Positions 1 through 10,242 of a stretch of 64,000 bases of DNA are shown here, in pieces. Below the pieces are notes generated by a model. That model was given only the letters and a program-made list of their open reading frames with translations, had not been told where the DNA came from and did no database searches. This stretch comes from Opitutia bacterium (lineage in GTDB: Bacteria; Verrucomicrobiota; Verrucomicrobiia; Opitutales; Opitutaceae). Numbering within the stretch: position 1 is the first letter of the stretch; the number at the start of each line of letters is the position of its first letter. The DNA is taken from NCBI GenBank assembly GCA_947478395.1, contig CANJVR010000002.1, positions 288,001 to 352,000 of the forward strand. Direction: 5' to 3'. The translations under genes and the position numbers were made by a program.

Positions 1-117
1 CGCGGCGCTGAGGGCGATGAGGAAAAAAGACTTCGGGACGAGTTTCATGGAGGATCAATTAGTAAGACGTGAAGGAAACCTTTGGGCCAAGCTTTTTGGG
101 GCGGCAAGGGTTTTGTT

Positions 118-765
118 TCAGTCCGTCTTTTTCGGTGTGATGATGCCGACTTCGCGCGCGTAGCGCGTATGGCTGCCCGCATCGTGTAAATCCAGTTTCC
201 GCGTGAGATTCGGGAGGTGGTTATCGGACCGGCTTCACGCTGATGAGAAGTTTCGTGGGAATTCCGCACGTATTTTGCCTCTCGGCGACAAGTCGAAGAA
301 CCTCCCGCTCACTCCCGGTGCTAAAATCCGGAGTTCGGCTGGCCATCGGATTCGCGATGGTGTTGCGGAGCAGTCCGGCGCCGGCCGGGCCGAGGGACGT
401 GCCGCCGTTCGCGCCGGTCTCGAGCCCTTTCTTGGCTCAAAGAGTCTGGCGGTTTTTCCAGGAAGCCGTGTGCATCGGCTTCAAACGTTTCTCGGAGGAG
501 GACCGGATTTTCGCGCCCTGAGCAGACCAGTACGCGGTACGAAGGGAACTTTCTTTGGGACGCGCCTATGCAGGTCGACGCCGTTGGGAGAGGGCATTTT
601 GGGATCGAGAACCAGGACATCAGGGTTCTCGTCGAGGATCAGCAGGACGGCGGGCTGGCCGTCTCCGGCTTCGTGGATAAGTTCGTAACTGGGTTCGAGG
701 CGGACGATTTCCGCGCGCATTTCGCAGCTGGCGGTCTCCTCTTCGGTGACGCCGGGTCGCTTCAC
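118..765 (-). pseudogene. Frameshifted, heavily substituted NarL/LuxR-family response regulator (receiver + HTH)
   Basis: Fragments in successive frames: receiver (EAGDGQPAVLLILDENPDVLVLDPKMPSPNGVD; RVLVCSGRENPVLLRETFEADAHGFLEK), linker (KKGLETGANGGTSLGP) and LuxR HTH (EREVLRLVAE...ISVKPV / DNHLPNLTRKLDLHDAGSHTRYAREVGII*). At least three frame changes are needed to join them. Confidence 0.75.
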
Positions 766-814
766 GTTAGAACGTAAATCCGCTTTGTTTTGCTGGCGGC
801 AGCGACTCCAAGGG

Positions 815-889
815 TGGTGGGTTGGCCGGGACTCGAACCCGGAACCAACAACTTAAAAGGATGCTGCTCTACCATTGAGCTACCAACCC
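815..889 (-). tRNA. tRNA-Lys (anticodon TTT)
   Basis: Reverse complement GGGTTGGTAGCTCAATGGTAGAGC...CTTTTAA...GGTTCGAGTCCCGGCCAACCCACCA: cloverleaf, TTCGA T-loop, encoded CCA. Confidence 0.95.
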
Positions 890-1063
890 GAACCCGTGGA
901 AGGGTCAAAAATGCATTTCGCGCGGCGCGCATGGCAAGAAATTTCTCGGAAGCTTGTCGCGCGGCGATTGACCCGCGAGGTTGGCGGCCCTAATTCACCG
1001 CGCAGTTTCGAAAATCTCGTGGGAACAATTCAAAAATACGCCGATCAGAGCGAGGCTGACCGT

Positions 1064-1666
1064 ATGTCAACCAAAGCTCACGAAGTGGCCCTCGATCACG
1101 CGCTCGTTCACCGTTTCAAGGGGGGAGATCAAGCGGCGTTTGACGAGATGGTGAGCCGTTACTGGGATCGCATCTATTCAATGGTGCACCAGTTGCTCCG
1201 CAATCAACAGGATGCCGAAGAAGTTACGCAGGATGCGTTTATTCGTGCGCACCGCGGGTTGGCGAATTTTCGCGGGGAATCCGCTTTCTCCACTTGGCTC
1301 TATCAGATCGCAACGAATCTTGCGCGCAACCGCTACTGGTATTGGTGGCGGCGAAAACGGGATAAATCCATTTCCTTCGACGCCCCCGTGAGCATGGACA
1401 ACGACACGACCCTGGCCGACATCATCCCTGCGGAGGTGGAAAGCCCCGACGATATTGCTGTCACGTCCGAGTTCGTCGCCCGGATTGCGCGGGGTATGGA
1501 GCGCCTCAGCGCCAAACATCGTGAAATTTTAACCCTCCGAAATGTGAAAAACTTGTCCTACGAGGAGATTGCCGAAATCCTGCACATCTCCGTGGGGACC
1601 GTTAAGAGTCGGATTGCGCGGGCCCGCGACAGCCTAAAAGCCAAACTGGGGGAAGATTTTAAATGA
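1064..1666 (+). CDS. ECF (sigma-70 group 4, RpoE-like) RNA polymerase sigma factor
   Basis: DAEEVTQDAFIRA, FRGESAFSTWLYQIATNLARN, LSYEEIAEILHISVGTVKSRIARAR; ATG at 1064 preferred over the longer ORF start. Confidence 0.93.
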   Translation: MSTKAHEVALDHALVHRFKGGDQAAFDEMVSRYWDRIYSMVHQLLRNQQDAEEVTQDAFIRAHRGLANFRGESAFSTWLYQIATNLARNRYWYWWRRKRDKSISFDAPVSMDNDTTLADIIPAEVESPDDIAVTSEFVARIARGMERLSAKHREILTLRNVKNLSYEEIAEILHISVGTVKSRIARARDSLKAKLGEDFK

Positions 1667-2370
1667 AAGACTCCGAATTCATCGAACTCCTTAATCTCTA
1701 CCTCGACCATGAGATCGGCGCAGCCGATGCGGCGCGGCTTGAGGCTGAAGTCCAAAAGCATCCGCACCGGCGGAACATTTACCACGAATATTGCCGCATG
1801 CAGAAAGCGTGCGTCGTGCTCGCGCAGCAATCCGAGGATGCGGCCGTTTCAGCCCCGCAACGGGTGGTGGCGTTTGAGCCCGGTCTACGGTGGGGGTTGG
1901 GCACCTACGCGCTCAGTTTGGGTGCGGCAGCCGCCTGTATAGCGCTCGTGTTCGTGGTGCGTAATCGGACTGTTCCGATCAGCGAGCCGACTCAAATGCC
2001 AGCTGCGATCGCCGTTTCCTCTCCCGCGCTGGCCGCGGCGGTTGCGCAAGCCCAGCCGGAGGGTTGGCCCGCGCGATCCATAGCCCGGACGGTTTCTGTG
2101 ACGCCGCGCGCGGTCGAACTAAAATCCGTACTTGTTTCGCAGGCCTTGGCCCTCTCGCGCGACACCGCGCAAACGGCGGATCTTTTGCCCGTTAGCGACA
2201 GCCGCTTTGAATGGATGAACCGGGTCCAAGTTTCGTCGCTGCGTCTCGTTCCGGCGGATGAGCTCGTTTTCGAGGTAAAGCCGGTGCGGCCTTCTGCAAC
2301 TCGTACCATCACGAGCCAGCGTTTAAATGAGGGCCAAGTTGAGTGGACGGCTTATCAGTTCCAACGCTGA
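1663..2370 (+). CDS. Putative membrane anti-sigma factor
   Basis: Overlaps the sigma stop (ATGA); N-terminal ELLNLYLDHEI zf-HC2-like anti-sigma start; one TM helix. Confidence 0.75.
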   Translation: MKDSEFIELLNLYLDHEIGAADAARLEAEVQKHPHRRNIYHEYCRMQKACVVLAQQSEDAAVSAPQRVVAFEPGLRWGLGTYALSLGAAAACIALVFVVRNRTVPISEPTQMPAAIAVSSPALAAAVAQAQPEGWPARSIARTVSVTPRAVELKSVLVSQALALSRDTAQTADLLPVSDSRFEWMNRVQVSSLRLVPADELVFEVKPVRPSATRTITSQRLNEGQVEWTAYQFQR

Positions 2371-2390
2371 TTCAAAAACCGTCGGGCGCT

Positions 2391-2993
2391 TCAGCTCAGC
2401 GCTCTTTTGATGAGCGCCTCGGTCGTCGCTTTCAGGCCGAGGACGAGGGCCGCCTGACGGACAGCAGCATCGGCGTCGCTCGCCTTGTAGCCGAGTGCAA
2501 CCAATGCGGCTACCGCGTCCTGATGCGCATTGCTGGCTGCACGAGGTTCGGCTGAATTCGGCGCCAGGGCCGTTTCATTGTTAGTACTGGCGCCGACTTT
2601 GGATTTGAGTTCCACGACGAGGCGCTCGGCGGTTTTTTTCCCGATGCCGGGACATTTCGCGAGCGTGGCGATGTCGCCGCTTCGGATTGCACTTTCAAGC
2701 AGAGGCACCGAAAGCCGGCTCATGATCCCGATCGCCCCCTTGGGGCCCACGCCGGTCACGTGTTCGATCATCAACCGGAAAAAATCGCGATCCGCCGGTG
2801 TCGCAAAACCGTACAGCGTCTGGGCGTCCTCCCGATAAATCACATGCGTGTGCAATTTGACGGTCGAACCCACGGCGGGCATTTTTTCCGCCGTCGTTAA
2901 CGGAACGTTCACCTCATAGCCGAAGCCATTGAGTTCAATGGTGGCGTGAAGCGCGGTGGCCGCGGTAAGCAGGCCCTGAATCGAAGTTATCAT
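2391..2993 (-). CDS. ruvA: Holliday junction branch migration protein RuvA
   Basis: MITSIQG...GYEV, REDAQTLYGF, VTGVGPKGA, PGIGKKTAERLVVELK, ALVALGY. Confidence 0.97.
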   Translation of the reverse strand: MITSIQGLLTAATALHATIELNGFGYEVNVPLTTAEKMPAVGSTVKLHTHVIYREDAQTLYGFATPADRDFFRLMIEHVTGVGPKGAIGIMSRLSVPLLESAIRSGDIATLAKCPGIGKKTAERLVVELKSKVGASTNNETALAPNSAEPRAASNAHQDAVAALVALGYKASDADAAVRQAALVLGLKATTEALIKRALS

Positions 2994-3724
2994 TACTTCA
3001 GTCCGAGCACGTCCTGCATGTCGTAAACTCCGGGCGTCTGTCCGACGACCCATTGTGCAGCGCGCAATGCCCCTGACGCGAAGATGCCGCGGTCGCTGGC
3101 GCGGTGCGTGAGTTCAATGCGCTCTCCAAGGGCAGCGAACATGACGGTGTGATCGCCCACGACATCGCCACCGCGCAGTGCGTGAATTCCAACTTCGGTT
3201 GAGGTTCGTTCGCCAACGATGCCCTCGCGTCCGTGACGCAGGGCGGAGGATGTCAGCTTGCGTTCCTCGAGGATAATCTCGAGCAGCCGCGCGGCCGTGC
3301 CGCTGGGGGCGTCCTTCTTGAACCGATGATGCATCTCAATCACCTCGGCGTCGTAGTCGGCGCCGAGTACGCTGGCGGCGCGGCGGGTGAGGGCAAAAAG
3401 AAGATTCACGCCGACGGAAAAATTTCCTGCCCACACGCATGGCACGTTGGCAGCAAGTTCGAGCAACTTTGTTTTCTCTTCGGCGCTGTGTCCGGTGGTG
3501 CCGATCACGACTGCCTTGTGCCGCGCAACCGCGAGTTCGAGCAAATTTCGCGTGGCGCGATGCGAGCTGAAATCGATCACCACGTCGCACGTGTCGAGGT
3601 GCGTGGCGAGATCGTCTCCGGCGTCGATCGCTGCAGAGACGGTGATTCCAAGCAGCGGCGCGGCCGCCGCGATGGCCTGGCCCATGCGGCCCTTGGCGCC
3701 ATTTAGAAGTACGTTAATTGCCAT
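2993..3724 (-). CDS. dapB: 4-hydroxy-tetrahydrodipicolinate reductase
   Basis: GAKGRMG, VIDFS, VIGTTG, NFSVGVN, EMHHRFKKDAPSGTA. Confidence 0.97.
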   Translation of the reverse strand: MAINVLLNGAKGRMGQAIAAAAPLLGITVSAAIDAGDDLATHLDTCDVVIDFSSHRATRNLLELAVARHKAVVIGTTGHSAEEKTKLLELAANVPCVWAGNFSVGVNLLFALTRRAASVLGADYDAEVIEMHHRFKKDAPSGTAARLLEIILEERKLTSSALRHGREGIVGERTSTEVGIHALRGGDVVGDHTVMFAALGERIELTHRASDRGIFASGALRAAQWVVGQTPGVYDMQDVLGLK

Positions 3725-3740
3725 GACGCGGAGGAACAAT

Positions 3741-4628
3741 TCAGCGCGCCAGACTGGCGAGCACGTGGCGGAGCGCTGGGATATTGGCCGCTGTCATTTC
3801 GCTCAGCGGTAGTCGCACCTCCGGCGAACCGATGACCCCAGCGTCGGCCAATGCGAGTTTGATTGGAGAGGGGTTCGACTCGACAAAGATCGCCTTGAAC
3901 ATCGGGTAGAGCCGGCGGTGCAACGTCACGGCCTTCGCAAAGTCACCGGCGAGAGCGAGGCGCACAAGTTTGCTGACCTCGCGCACGTACATGTTTGACG
4001 CCACGCTGATCACACCTTCCGCGCCCAAGGCCATGAAGGGCAGGGTGAGGGAGTCGTCGCCACTCAACACCGTGATGTCGCGACCGAGCGCCTGCTTGAG
4101 TTGATCGACGCGATCGACGCTGCCGCCGGCTTCTTTGATCCAGCGCACGTGATTGTATTTCGCGCGCAGCCGCTCGACCACGGGCACGCCGATCTCTATA
4201 CCGCAACGACCGGGAATGGAGTAGAGAATGATCGGCCGGTCGGTTGCCTCGGCGACGGCGCTGAAATGGCGAAACAGGCCTTCGGCCCCGGGCTTGTTGT
4301 AGTAAGGCGCGACGACGAGCATCGCGTCCGCCCCCGCGGCGTGCGCTTGCTGGGTGAGATCGACCGCCTCTTGCGTCGAGTTCGAGCCGGTGCCAGCGAT
4401 GACGGGCACCCGACCTCGCGCGGCCACGACGGTGGCGCGAATCACCTCGATGTGCTCTTCGTGATTGAGCGTCGGTGACTCTCCGGTGGTGCCGACCGGG
4501 ACCAAGCCATCGATCCCGCCCTTGATCTGGTATTCCACCAGCTTTTTCAAATCGTCATAGGCAACCTGACCTTGGCGAAAGGGGGTGACGAGGGCGGTGA
4601 TCGCACCGGTAAGCGGACGAAGTTTCAT
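3741..4628 (-). CDS. dapA: 4-hydroxy-tetrahydrodipicolinate synthase
   Basis: ALVTPF, GTTGESPTL, PYYNKP, ILYSIPGR, IKEA, LSGDD. Confidence 0.97.
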   Translation of the reverse strand: MKLRPLTGAITALVTPFRQGQVAYDDLKKLVEYQIKGGIDGLVPVGTTGESPTLNHEEHIEVIRATVVAARGRVPVIAGTGSNSTQEAVDLTQQAHAAGADAMLVVAPYYNKPGAEGLFRHFSAVAEATDRPIILYSIPGRCGIEIGVPVVERLRAKYNHVRWIKEAGGSVDRVDQLKQALGRDITVLSGDDSLTLPFMALGAEGVISVASNMYVREVSKLVRLALAGDFAKAVTLHRRLYPMFKAIFVESNPSPIKLALADAGVIGSPEVRLPLSEMTAANIPALRHVLASLAR

Positions 4629-5066
4629 GAGAGTTTTGCGAAGGCGAGGATTGGTGCCTCGCCGATGAAAGCAGGGCGATTTAAAGATTCCGCAACGCTT
4701 TTTTGCCTAGGGCCGACATCACCCTAATCGCTGAAATTTTCCACGACCGGTTCAAGCTCGTGGCGGACCCTGGGGCCAGCCAGAGCGTGAGCGAATCGGA
4801 CAAGTCGGGTTACTTTCGCCCTCCAGGCCGCTTGAACATGGACCGCGGGCTTTAAAAAATGAGCAGACGAGGGGCAAATCGACTTTGCTTACGAGGCCGG
4901 AAATATTGGACGTTTTCCGCGGAGGAATCCGATTTCGCCGACGCTTTCCGCGATCTAGCCGAGTTCACTTCCTGGCCGGTGGCCGCGCGAAAATATTTCC
5001 CACAATTGAAGCGTTTTTAGGGCTTGGTTTTCATCTGGGCGGGCGATTGTCTAACCGGTTTCAAAC

Positions 5067-5972
5067 ATGGGACTGGCACTTTTATTTGCAGGACAAGGCG
5101 CCCAGAAGGTGGGCATGGGAAAATCGCTCCACGACGGTTCCCCGGCCGCCCGGGCGGTTTACGCCGAGGCTAATCGTGTTTTGGGCTGGGATCTCGCCGC
5201 CATCAGCTTCGCTGGTCCTGAAGCCGATCTCACGCCGACGAAGGTCTGCCAGCCGGCGCTTTTTGTGCACGGTCTAGCCGTCCTCGCCGCTTTGCGCGAA
5301 CAGGGCAAGGCGCAGATGATCGATTTTGCGCTGGGTCTGAGTCTCGGTGAAGTCACGGCGTATACCGCCGCGGGAGTTTTCGATTTTGCGACCGGATTGA
5401 AGGTGGTCGCCGAACGCGGACGACTCATGCAGCAGGCCTGCGAGCGAACTGTCGGCGGGATGGCGGCGATCATCGGCGAGGAACGCGCGAAAGTCGCCGA
5501 GTTGTGCCGCGAGTTCGATATCGAGGCGGCCAATTTCAACGCGCCGGGACAAATCATCGTCTCCGGTGAAAAATCGAAGGTGGAGTCGGCGGTGGCCGCC
5601 GCCAAGGAGCGTGGTATTAAAAAGGCGATCCCGCTGAACGTCGCCGGCGCCTATCATTCGCGGCTGATGGAGCCGGCGCGCGTGGCCTTCGCGGCGTTTT
5701 TGGACGGTATCACTTTTTCTGCGCCGCACTTCACCGTGCTGACCAACACCACCGGGCAGATCGTGCGCGATCCCGCCGCGATCAAGGCCGCGCTGGTGAA
5801 GCAAGTGGTGTCGCCCGTACTCTGGGAAGATTGTACGCGCGCCGCCGTCGCGGCTGGGGCCACGGAGTTCTGGGAACTTGGACCGGGCGGAGTCCTGGCC
5901 GGTTTGGCGCGACGCACCGACAAGGCCTGGAATGTGAAAAGTTTTTCCGAGTTTACTGATCTGACCGCCTGA
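5067..5972 (+). CDS. fabD: Malonyl-CoA:ACP transacylase
   Basis: FAGQGAQ, QPALF, GLSLGE, NAPGQI, AGAYHS, ELGPG. Confidence 0.95.
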   Translation: MGLALLFAGQGAQKVGMGKSLHDGSPAARAVYAEANRVLGWDLAAISFAGPEADLTPTKVCQPALFVHGLAVLAALREQGKAQMIDFALGLSLGEVTAYTAAGVFDFATGLKVVAERGRLMQQACERTVGGMAAIIGEERAKVAELCREFDIEAANFNAPGQIIVSGEKSKVESAVAAAKERGIKKAIPLNVAGAYHSRLMEPARVAFAAFLDGITFSAPHFTVLTNTTGQIVRDPAAIKAALVKQVVSPVLWEDCTRAAVAAGATEFWELGPGGVLAGLARRTDKAWNVKSFSEFTDLTA

Positions 5973-5974
5973 AA

Positions 5975-7771
<1,797 letters not shown>

Positions 7772-7785
7772 CACCGTTCCCCGCT

Positions 7786-9087
7786 ATGTTCGGTTTCTTC
7801 GCCTCACCGGAAAAGAAAATGCGCGACAACGCGGCCAACTGGATCGAGCTGGCCGAGAAGATTTACCATTTCCGCCGCGATGTGCTGCCGCACGACCAGC
7901 TGTCCCGGCTCGTCCAGCAAACTGCGGCGTTGAAGCAAGGCGTGAAACAGCGGGTCGAGACGGCGAAGCTCAAGCTGATCATCGAGGAAACGGAGGCGGT
8001 TCTGCGCGAGACGGGCGGGACGCTTTATCCACGGGGTTCGCTGGTGGAGAACATCGAATTTTTCGTCGTAGCGGCCATCGTGATCCTCGGCATTCGCACG
8101 TATTTTGTGCAGCCGTTTAAGATTCCCACGAATTCAATGTGGCCGAGCTACTACGGTATGACGGGGGAAAATATTCCATCGGACGGGCCGTCGCCCAGTT
8201 TTGTGCAGCGGGCCTTTCGACTCGTGGCGTTTGGCGCGCAGCGCAAGGAAGTGATTGCGCCCCGCAGCGGCGAGGTTTCGGCGTTGTTTACGGAGTCCGG
8301 TACCATGCTGGCGGCACCGCGCAACGGTCGCAACTGGTTCGTTTTTCCGGCGACGATGAGCGAGTATACGTTCTTCGTGGACGGTCAGCCGGCGACGGTG
8401 CGCGTCCCGGTCGACTTCCACGATTTCGATCGCATGGTGATCGAGACTTATTTTGGAACGCAGGCTAAGTTCGAGTCTGAGTGGAACCGGCTTTTCAAGG
8501 AGCGGGGCTTGGAGTCGACCACGGCGAAATACGACGAAGCCGGCCACATGGTGCGGGCGATTCGCATGCCGTTGGGCAAGGTGGCGAAGTCGGGAGAACC
8601 CGTGCTGCGTTTCGATTTGTTAACGGGCGACCAGCTTTTGGTCGACCGCATGAGTTATCATTTTGTCCGGCCTTCCGTCGGGCAGGGCTTTGTTTTTCGC
8701 ACCGACAACATTCGCAGCGAAATGATGCGTGATCGGGCCGGGCAGCAAATTGTTTCCTATTACATCAAACGTCTCGTGGGCACGCCGGGTGATACACTGG
8801 AGGTCAGGCCCCCGCAGATTTTCCGTAATGAAAAGCCGATCACGGGAGCGTCGGCTTTTGAGGCCAACGCGCAGCGCAGCGGAAAATACACCGGCTACGT
8901 GAATGCGTATCTGCTGGGTTCAGGAAAAACCGTGACCGTGCCGCCGCGGAGCTACTTCGCGATGGGCGACAACTCGAGCAACAGCCAGGACAGCCGCTAC
9001 TGGGGTTTTGTCCCGTCCAAGGATGTCGTGGGCCGACCGATTTTCATCTATTATCCCTTTACCAAACGCTGGGGCGCGGCGAAGTGA
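7786..9087 (+). CDS. lepB: Signal peptidase I
   Basis: FVQPFKIPTNSM, YIKRLVGTPGD, MGDNSSNSQDSRYWGFVP; follows lepA. Confidence 0.95.
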   Translation: MFGFFASPEKKMRDNAANWIELAEKIYHFRRDVLPHDQLSRLVQQTAALKQGVKQRVETAKLKLIIEETEAVLRETGGTLYPRGSLVENIEFFVVAAIVILGIRTYFVQPFKIPTNSMWPSYYGMTGENIPSDGPSPSFVQRAFRLVAFGAQRKEVIAPRSGEVSALFTESGTMLAAPRNGRNWFVFPATMSEYTFFVDGQPATVRVPVDFHDFDRMVIETYFGTQAKFESEWNRLFKERGLESTTAKYDEAGHMVRAIRMPLGKVAKSGEPVLRFDLLTGDQLLVDRMSYHFVRPSVGQGFVFRTDNIRSEMMRDRAGQQIVSYYIKRLVGTPGDTLEVRPPQIFRNEKPITGASAFEANAQRSGKYTGYVNAYLLGSGKTVTVPPRSYFAMGDNSSNSQDSRYWGFVPSKDVVGRPIFIYYPFTKRWGAAK

Positions 9088-9706
9088 GCTGGATGCGGTG
9101 TTGAGTCGGGTTCGCGGGAATTTCCCGCGCCGTGCCGGCCCCACGATGATCCAAACGTGGTTCGATGGGACGGATGGCGACGATTTGGGCGCGAGCGCTC
9201 CACGATGATGTAGATGCGTCGCATTCCCAATCTAACCCCTGAAACGAGAGATCATAGTGCGTTTTATAATCGCGGTGAATTCAGCAGCACGGGTGGGCTG
9301 ATTACGAAAGAGCGTTTCGAGAGCGACGATGTTGCGACGCAAAAAGCCAGATTACGGCCAGCGTTGATACGTTGCCGTAATTCAGATTCTGGCATCACCC
9401 GCTTTCCGTAGTCGGAACGAGGTGACGGAGTACGAAACCGGAGAATCGCGACGCTCTGAGAAGGGAAGTAACCTCCAAGCGTCAGAAGATTTTGTGGGAT
9501 CAGGTCTCGGTTCCAAAGCAAAGTGGGGGCGCGGTCCAAAACCATAAGCCATGTCCACACCGATGGCGGGGTCAGAGCGGAGAGCGGGACCTCGCTCCAA
9601 CGCGAAGCGGAAGAAATTCGAGGACGAAAAAAGGGGCCAAGGCCCGCGTGTTCAGTCGTCTTTTGCGATTCACTGTCTTTTCCGTGGAAGCACAGCGGCG
9701 CCCAAT

Positions 9707-10126
9707 TCAGGGTTGGGCTAATTTCCTAGCTTTGGTCTTGGGAAGTTTATTTTGCGCCTGCTCGATGCAGTTCAAAATTCGCTTAACATCGCCCGCACTG
9801 AACCAATCCTGCCTGTTAAGTGCCAGGAACAATTTGAGATCCATCAAAGGGCCATCGCTTTCAATAATGTAGCACGGTAACCAGCGAAACTGTTTTTCGT
9901 GCCCGTTATTTTGCAGCTCCCAAACCGCCTTTAAAATGAGGCGACCCTTCAAAACGACGTAACAATGGTCATCGCTGGCTCGAACGACTATAGGAGAAAG
10001 GATGCCGTATTCTAAGATTTCCGCCATCAGAGGGGCCAGAGGCGCTGTGAACTGCCGTTCCGGGAACGACATCGACAGCGTAAGTTGAGCGGGTTTCAGA
10101 TGAACGAAGCGTCGATTTGCAGGCAT
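9707..10126 (-). CDS. Small stand-alone ParB/Srx N-terminal-domain-like protein with degenerate CTP-binding motif
   Basis: LMAEILEYGILSPIVVR...YVVLKGRLILKA resembles ParB LAxSIxxxGxLQPIxVR...YxIIAGERRxRA. Confidence 0.65.
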   Translation of the reverse strand: MPANRRFVHLKPAQLTLSMSFPERQFTAPLAPLMAEILEYGILSPIVVRASDDHCYVVLKGRLILKAVWELQNNGHEKQFRWLPCYIIESDGPLMDLKLFLALNRQDWFSAGDVKRILNCIEQAQNKLPKTKARKLAQP

Positions 10127-10242
10127 GGCCTAATTAAGGCGGCCCAAGCCTGGACATCTCCGCCCCCTGCTTAGCGTCAGTGATCTGATGCAGGACGGCC
10201 GGAAGATATTGATTACCGCCCCGTATTTAGGGGGTTTTTGGC

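Noticed and set aside
847..865. U-U mismatch in the tRNA-Lys anticodon stem as a sign of a pseudo-tRNA
   Set aside because: All other arms and the CCA end are intact; a single mismatch is tolerated in functional tRNAs.
4629..4900. Lysine riboswitch or 6S RNA upstream of dapA
   Set aside because: I could not find the consensus elements of either; kept only as an unassigned structure.
9088..9200. att direct repeats or tRNA integration site bounding the island
   Set aside because: No repeat shared with the ~42.16-kb end was visible by eye; neither tRNA abuts the island and no integrase is seen.
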